64,000 bases of DNA from Zancudomyces culisetae HAW-14-8 (Eukaryota > Fungi > Kickxellomycota). Position 1 is the stretch's first letter; every line of letters starts with the position of its first letter. A model generated the notes under the pieces. The model saw only the letters and a program-made list of their open reading frames with translations. It was not told the origin of the DNA and made no database searches. The stretch covers positions 3,162,001 to 3,226,000 of the forward strand of contig JBNJNM010000021.1 of NCBI GenBank assembly GCA_052426225.1, read 5' to 3'. The position numbers and the translations under genes were made by a program. Positions 59,394-64,000 of this stretch are shown here, one piece after another.

Positions 59394-61246
59394 TTTTGTC
59401 GTTTTGGTATGTTTATTTTACATTTGATTGTTATAAAACACACATAAAATTGAGTTCTTGATTTTGATATTTAATTCAGTACGACACACTCAGTACTTGC
59501 ACCGATAGTTATTGTATTTTTCGTTTTCGTCTGCTTTTCTCTTAATAATTAATGTATTTACTCGTTTTCTTGTTCAAAAAAATATAATTTTCCTAATATT
59601 TGTATATTCACAGTTAATATTGGTCTCTGTTAAACTAATTTTGATGACTGATCTATCTATACATTAACATGGTAATATTATAATCGCCTTGCCTTTTTAA
59701 ACTCTTATCTTAATTTGCCAATTGATCTCCTTGCAACCCTACCTACTAGTACACTGTTTCAAAGCAATTTATATTTACTAAATTTGAGCACGTAATGTTT
59801 TATTGATTCGTTTTATATTCTCGAATTGCCTGTATATTAGAATATTAAATTGCTAACTCTACATTTATTCAAAATTCTTGAAGGTAAAATCGCTCAACTT
59901 TGCTACTATAAGCTGTATTCTAGTTTTCAAAATGGATTAGTATTCGATTGATGTTTTTTGTTGTGTAAAAAAAAACGCATTTTGAAATTACGTGCAAAAA
60001 AGTAAATATTTCACCCAAATCAAAAGCGTTTATGGCTTGGTACAATTAACCTTGTTTATTTTGGGTCCATCTTGCTTGGTTATCTTGTGTTGATTGTATG
60101 ACTTTCAAACAGTCAAATTTAAAGCATTTTATTTTTTTTTACCCCACCAGTGTTTGGATTGTATTAATAAAATTCATACATTACTAGCAAATTAACAATG
60201 ATAATTTGCTGATTGGTGGTGCTTCTAATTTTATTGTTTACAATTATTTATTAGCCTTATTTCTTCCAGCATGCTAGTAACTATGATAGATTTTGTGTAT
60301 GATTCAATTGGCCATAAATGTTGTCTTTTACAAGGTGGTTCTATATTAAACAAAAACTTGACACTGGAATAGTCAATTGGACCTGTGTATTTACTCTGAT
60401 TTCTTTACAGAATATCTCCAGTATTAGCTGACAAATATTTCCCGCAGCATCACCTGATAAATTCTGTTCTCAGCACTTTAATTGTGCTGGTACATACCTT
60501 TGCTGACTCTCAATAGCTTATTTTTTTACCATTTCATTAGATGGGCTTACTCTTCTTTTATGGACATACCAAGCCCAATGCAACATGGATAAAGCTCGTA
60601 AGGGATGTATATTTGGTGTCTATATTGAGCAACTACCTATTACCACAGTCCTTTATATTATTCCACCAAGGATATGATGATATGATATATATTTTGGAAT
60701 CACTAGCCACGAACTCATCGGGTATTTGCTTTTTAATCAAAAAGGAATGTTTTAATAAACGTCAAAGGTCAACATTCTATTTTTTGTTTATTTTCTTTCA
60801 TTTATATCTCGTCATGGTGCCATTCTTTATGGTGAATGACAGCGTGGTACTACACCTATATTTTAGTTTAAGGCTAAGTTTGTGGCTGTATAAATGTGAT
60901 ACAGCACAGCACAGCACACATAACGCCAAATTTACACCAAAAAGTTAGTCATGACACAACGACACCTCTTCCCTCCTTTTCAACCCCGTCCACCCCTTTC
61001 TGTTTACTTTTTCGACAACTGTCATATAATAAATTCGTGCGTATTTTACATTTCTATTGAGTAAGAAGTGTATTCATCCGTGATCCGCATGTTTAATAAC
61101 AGACATCCTTAAATACTTCAAAATACATTAAAACAAACACAAACAATATCACAACTATTGAATAGTGGTTAGCAAGATAAAAAAAATAGATGCATACAAT
61201 GTACTAGATAACAACTCAAAACAAAAAAAAAAGTTACACGCTTCTC

Positions 61247-62555
61247 CTACTCGCTGTCACTGGAGTCATCCATCAAAGCACCTGGCACATTTCCCATTCT
61301 CATGGCCTTGTCCAAATTTTGTGCCCTCACCATATTCATTGCCTCAACAGCCTTTCTTCGAAGTTGTGCAGTTTCTTCGTTCTCAAATGTTGACGACAAA
61401 CCAGCTCCTCCCTCACCATTCTTTTGCTGCTCAATATTGTTCTGTTCGGCTGCAGCGCCAGAATCTGCCACCAACCCTTCACCAGGCTCGAATACATTTG
61501 TTGGTGCCACTTGTAGTATGCTTTTTGCTGTGTCAGTCAATTCTCCACTTTCAGTTTCATACATTTTTTTTGCTTCTATTCTCTCCTATTTCATCCACAT
61601 ATGTATTTTCTTTTATGTATATAGCTATTTGCTCATGTATTCTTCTTTTAACCACTCATCAGACACCAAACTACTAACTAACCAAGTACTTCATAACATA
61701 TATACTTTTATGCACTGTAAGCCGTCTCAATACAAAGGAATGCACAAAATCGCGCATATCCTTAAAAAACAAAAAATATTTTAAGGAAGATCATATCATA
61801 CTGGTCGCAAGTACCACGCTTTCATAACATAATGCAAAAACCTTTGGTTAAAAAGTACAAGTACAAGTAGTAATAGTATTAGTAGTAATAGTGTGCGGCT
61901 TACCCGTTGTCTGACCCTGACAAAATTAAAAACGCGAATTTGAGGGAAACGATAAATGATCCAGCTACGGGCTTCTTTTTTTCTAGCAACCGGATTTCCT
62001 AAAAGTACCAGATGTTCTAGCAGTCGCAAACCTCTCAATGGCTCTAGATCCACCAACTCTTCAAGATAGTTGTTTGTTAAAGTTAGAGTATTCAGGTTTG
62101 GCAACATTTGCGAAATCTTTGCATCAATCCTCCGAACTCGATTGTTTCCCAAATATAGCCGCTGCAGTCTTTTTAAAACTGGAAAGTTTCCGATCAACAT
62201 TATCTCATTATCTGTGAAATCTATTGCATCGTATAAATCCTATGTTTATCATATTGAAATTTTACCCCATCTTGATTAAATTTTATAACATTAATTGCAT
62301 TTGAGAATGATTTAGCTGAAAAAAAATAAAGTAATGAGTCTTCAAGGGCAAAATCCTTACCTTTGATGCACCAAGATTTTCGATCATTGGGATCTTGTTT
62401 CCTATTTTAGAGAGTAACATGCGTTAATCCTGTTATTGAATTCATACAAATGCATGTATTCCAAAAAACGGCTTACCTCGCAAATCCAGTTCATGGTCTT
62501 TTGCTGCATTAATGTATGTAGAAGATTCGAGTATCAATTCAGCGGTTAATCTCAT
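61247..62555 (-). CDS. SNRPA1: U2 snRNP protein A' (LRR); exons 62555-62477, 62401-62361, 62239-61904, 61585-61247
   Basis: Spliced product MRLTAELI..ELDLRGNKIPMIENLGASKDLYDAIDFTDNEI..NFPVLKRL..LGNNRV..LLGNPV, with GT-AG introns. Confidence 0.93.
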
Positions 62556-63178
62556 TTTTATTTACAGTATTCTGTTGCTTTGTTTTTTTTCCGAGGTTCG
62601 TGTCGTTTAATGTATTTTTTCCCACGTTACAAAAAAAAGAACGAAGGGGTGTTAAAAGGCAAGTATTGGTGTGGAGATATACTGAATTAACCAAGGTTTC
62701 TGCAGTACAGTATCTTGAATATTCGAATCCTCTATAATTCCTCTAGGCGTTTCAATATTGCAAATAGCTAATATAACGGATTATTAACAAACTAATAATA
62801 ACAATTTAATGAGTGAAAATAATATTACCAGAACCAAAAAAAAATAAAACACAACTTTGCGTAATTTTCCTTATATCTGATCAATTCCTCCACTAGATTT
62901 TTCGCCAAATCCTCAAAAAAACCGAAAGCTTTGGAAACATTCTTAGGATCTTTTCCCTTCTTTTCCTCCAACATTAATTTTATCCTACTTTTCTCCAGTT
63001 CTCCCAGCCATGTTTACTAGAATTAATTTATAAAAGTTTTGGCGAATCAGATTGATGCGGTATCTAGCAAAGAAAATTTTTTTTAGTCAGCTTTGCTCTT
63101 CAGCTTAGAAAACAAAAAAATAAACAATAAAAACAAACATATTGATCAGTGTAAATACATAGCAAAGAGAACGGTAAA
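62556..63178. promoter_or_regulatory. Probable bidirectional promoter between U2A' and TCP1
   Basis: 623-bp spacer between two head-to-head housekeeping genes. No specific sites were identified. Confidence 0.5.
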
Positions 63179-64000
63179 ATGAGCGGAATATTCGAGACCG
63201 ATACGGCAGATTCGACACTTTTTATAGGAGGACAAAGAATTAGTGGTGCTCAAGTCAGAAACCAAAATGTCCTGGCCGCAGCCTCAATAGCAAATGTAGT
63301 GAAAACTTCTTTGGGCCCAGTAGGATTGGATAAAATGATGGTTGATGAGCTTGGAGATGTGACAATAAGCAATGATGGAGCAACCATTCTAAATTTATTG
63401 GAGGTAGAGCATCCAGCAGGGAAGATCTTGGTGGAGTTGGCTAGACAGCAAGATAAGGAAGTAGGAGACGGAACAACATCTGTTGTTATTATAGCTGCGG
63501 AGCTGCTCAAGAGAGCTAATGAACTAATCAAGAATAAGTTACATCCAACAGCTATTATTACTGGGTATAGACTTGGTTGTAGAGAGGCTTGCAAATTTAT
63601 TGCGGAAAATTTGGCAATTAAGGTAGCAGGAATCGATAGAGATACGCTAAGAAACATTGCACAAACCACCTTGTCAAGCAAAATTCTTGGAAAGTAAGTG
63701 GAAAAAAAAATAATCTTTATATTATATTTGATTGTGTGACATAGTATGTTCAAATTATGGTTGATGGAATAATGTAGGCAAACGCCAAAATTAACATGAA
63801 AAATAACTAAATATTCACAAACTAAAACAATAGCTACGGAACCAGATTCGCTGATCTCACAGTCGATGCGATTTTAGCAGTTAAACGAACGGATTTTCGT
63901 GGAAAGCCAAAGTATCCAGTAAGCAGCGTTGGGATTTTGAAGATCAAGGGTGGAAGCGCACAAGAGAGCCAGACAATAAATGGATTTGCGATACAAAGAC
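63179..64000 (+). CDS. TCP1: T-complex protein 1 subunit alpha (CCT1), 5' part; exon 1 63179-63693, exon 2 from 63834, runs off the window
   Basis: VRNQNV.A..IANVVKTSLGPVGLDKM, NDGATIL, QDKEVGDGTTSVV and IHPT-like LHPT. After the intron: VDAILAVK..KYPV. Confidence 0.95.

Overview
AT-rich, intron-containing eukaryotic DNA of fungal type. Intron style and low-complexity protein inserts suggest an early-diverging (Zoopagomycota/Harpellales-like) fungus, but this is inference. The first ~20 kb is transposon-rich. It holds a 140-bp solo LTR with a 5-bp TSD, a decayed ~6.1-kb L1/Tx1-type LINE with a poly(A) tail, a hairpin-dense non-coding block, and a tRNA-Ile(AAT). An ORF-intact Ty3/Gypsy element with a tRNA-Pro PBS starts 30 bp after the tRNA and is followed by two nested, related solo LTRs. 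The rest is gene space: XRN1, PAN2, a DUF2358/C6orf136-like gene, MIF2/CENP-C, U2A', the start of TCP1/CCT1, several orphan ORFs, and two inverted Na+/K+-ATPase-like (P2C/ACU-type) P-type ATPase paralogues. The paralogues have near-identical cytoplasmic catalytic regions but diverged membrane segments. The strongest leads are this ATPase mosaic, the LTR pile-up just 3' of the tRNA, and the structured block at 7.7-8.2 kb.
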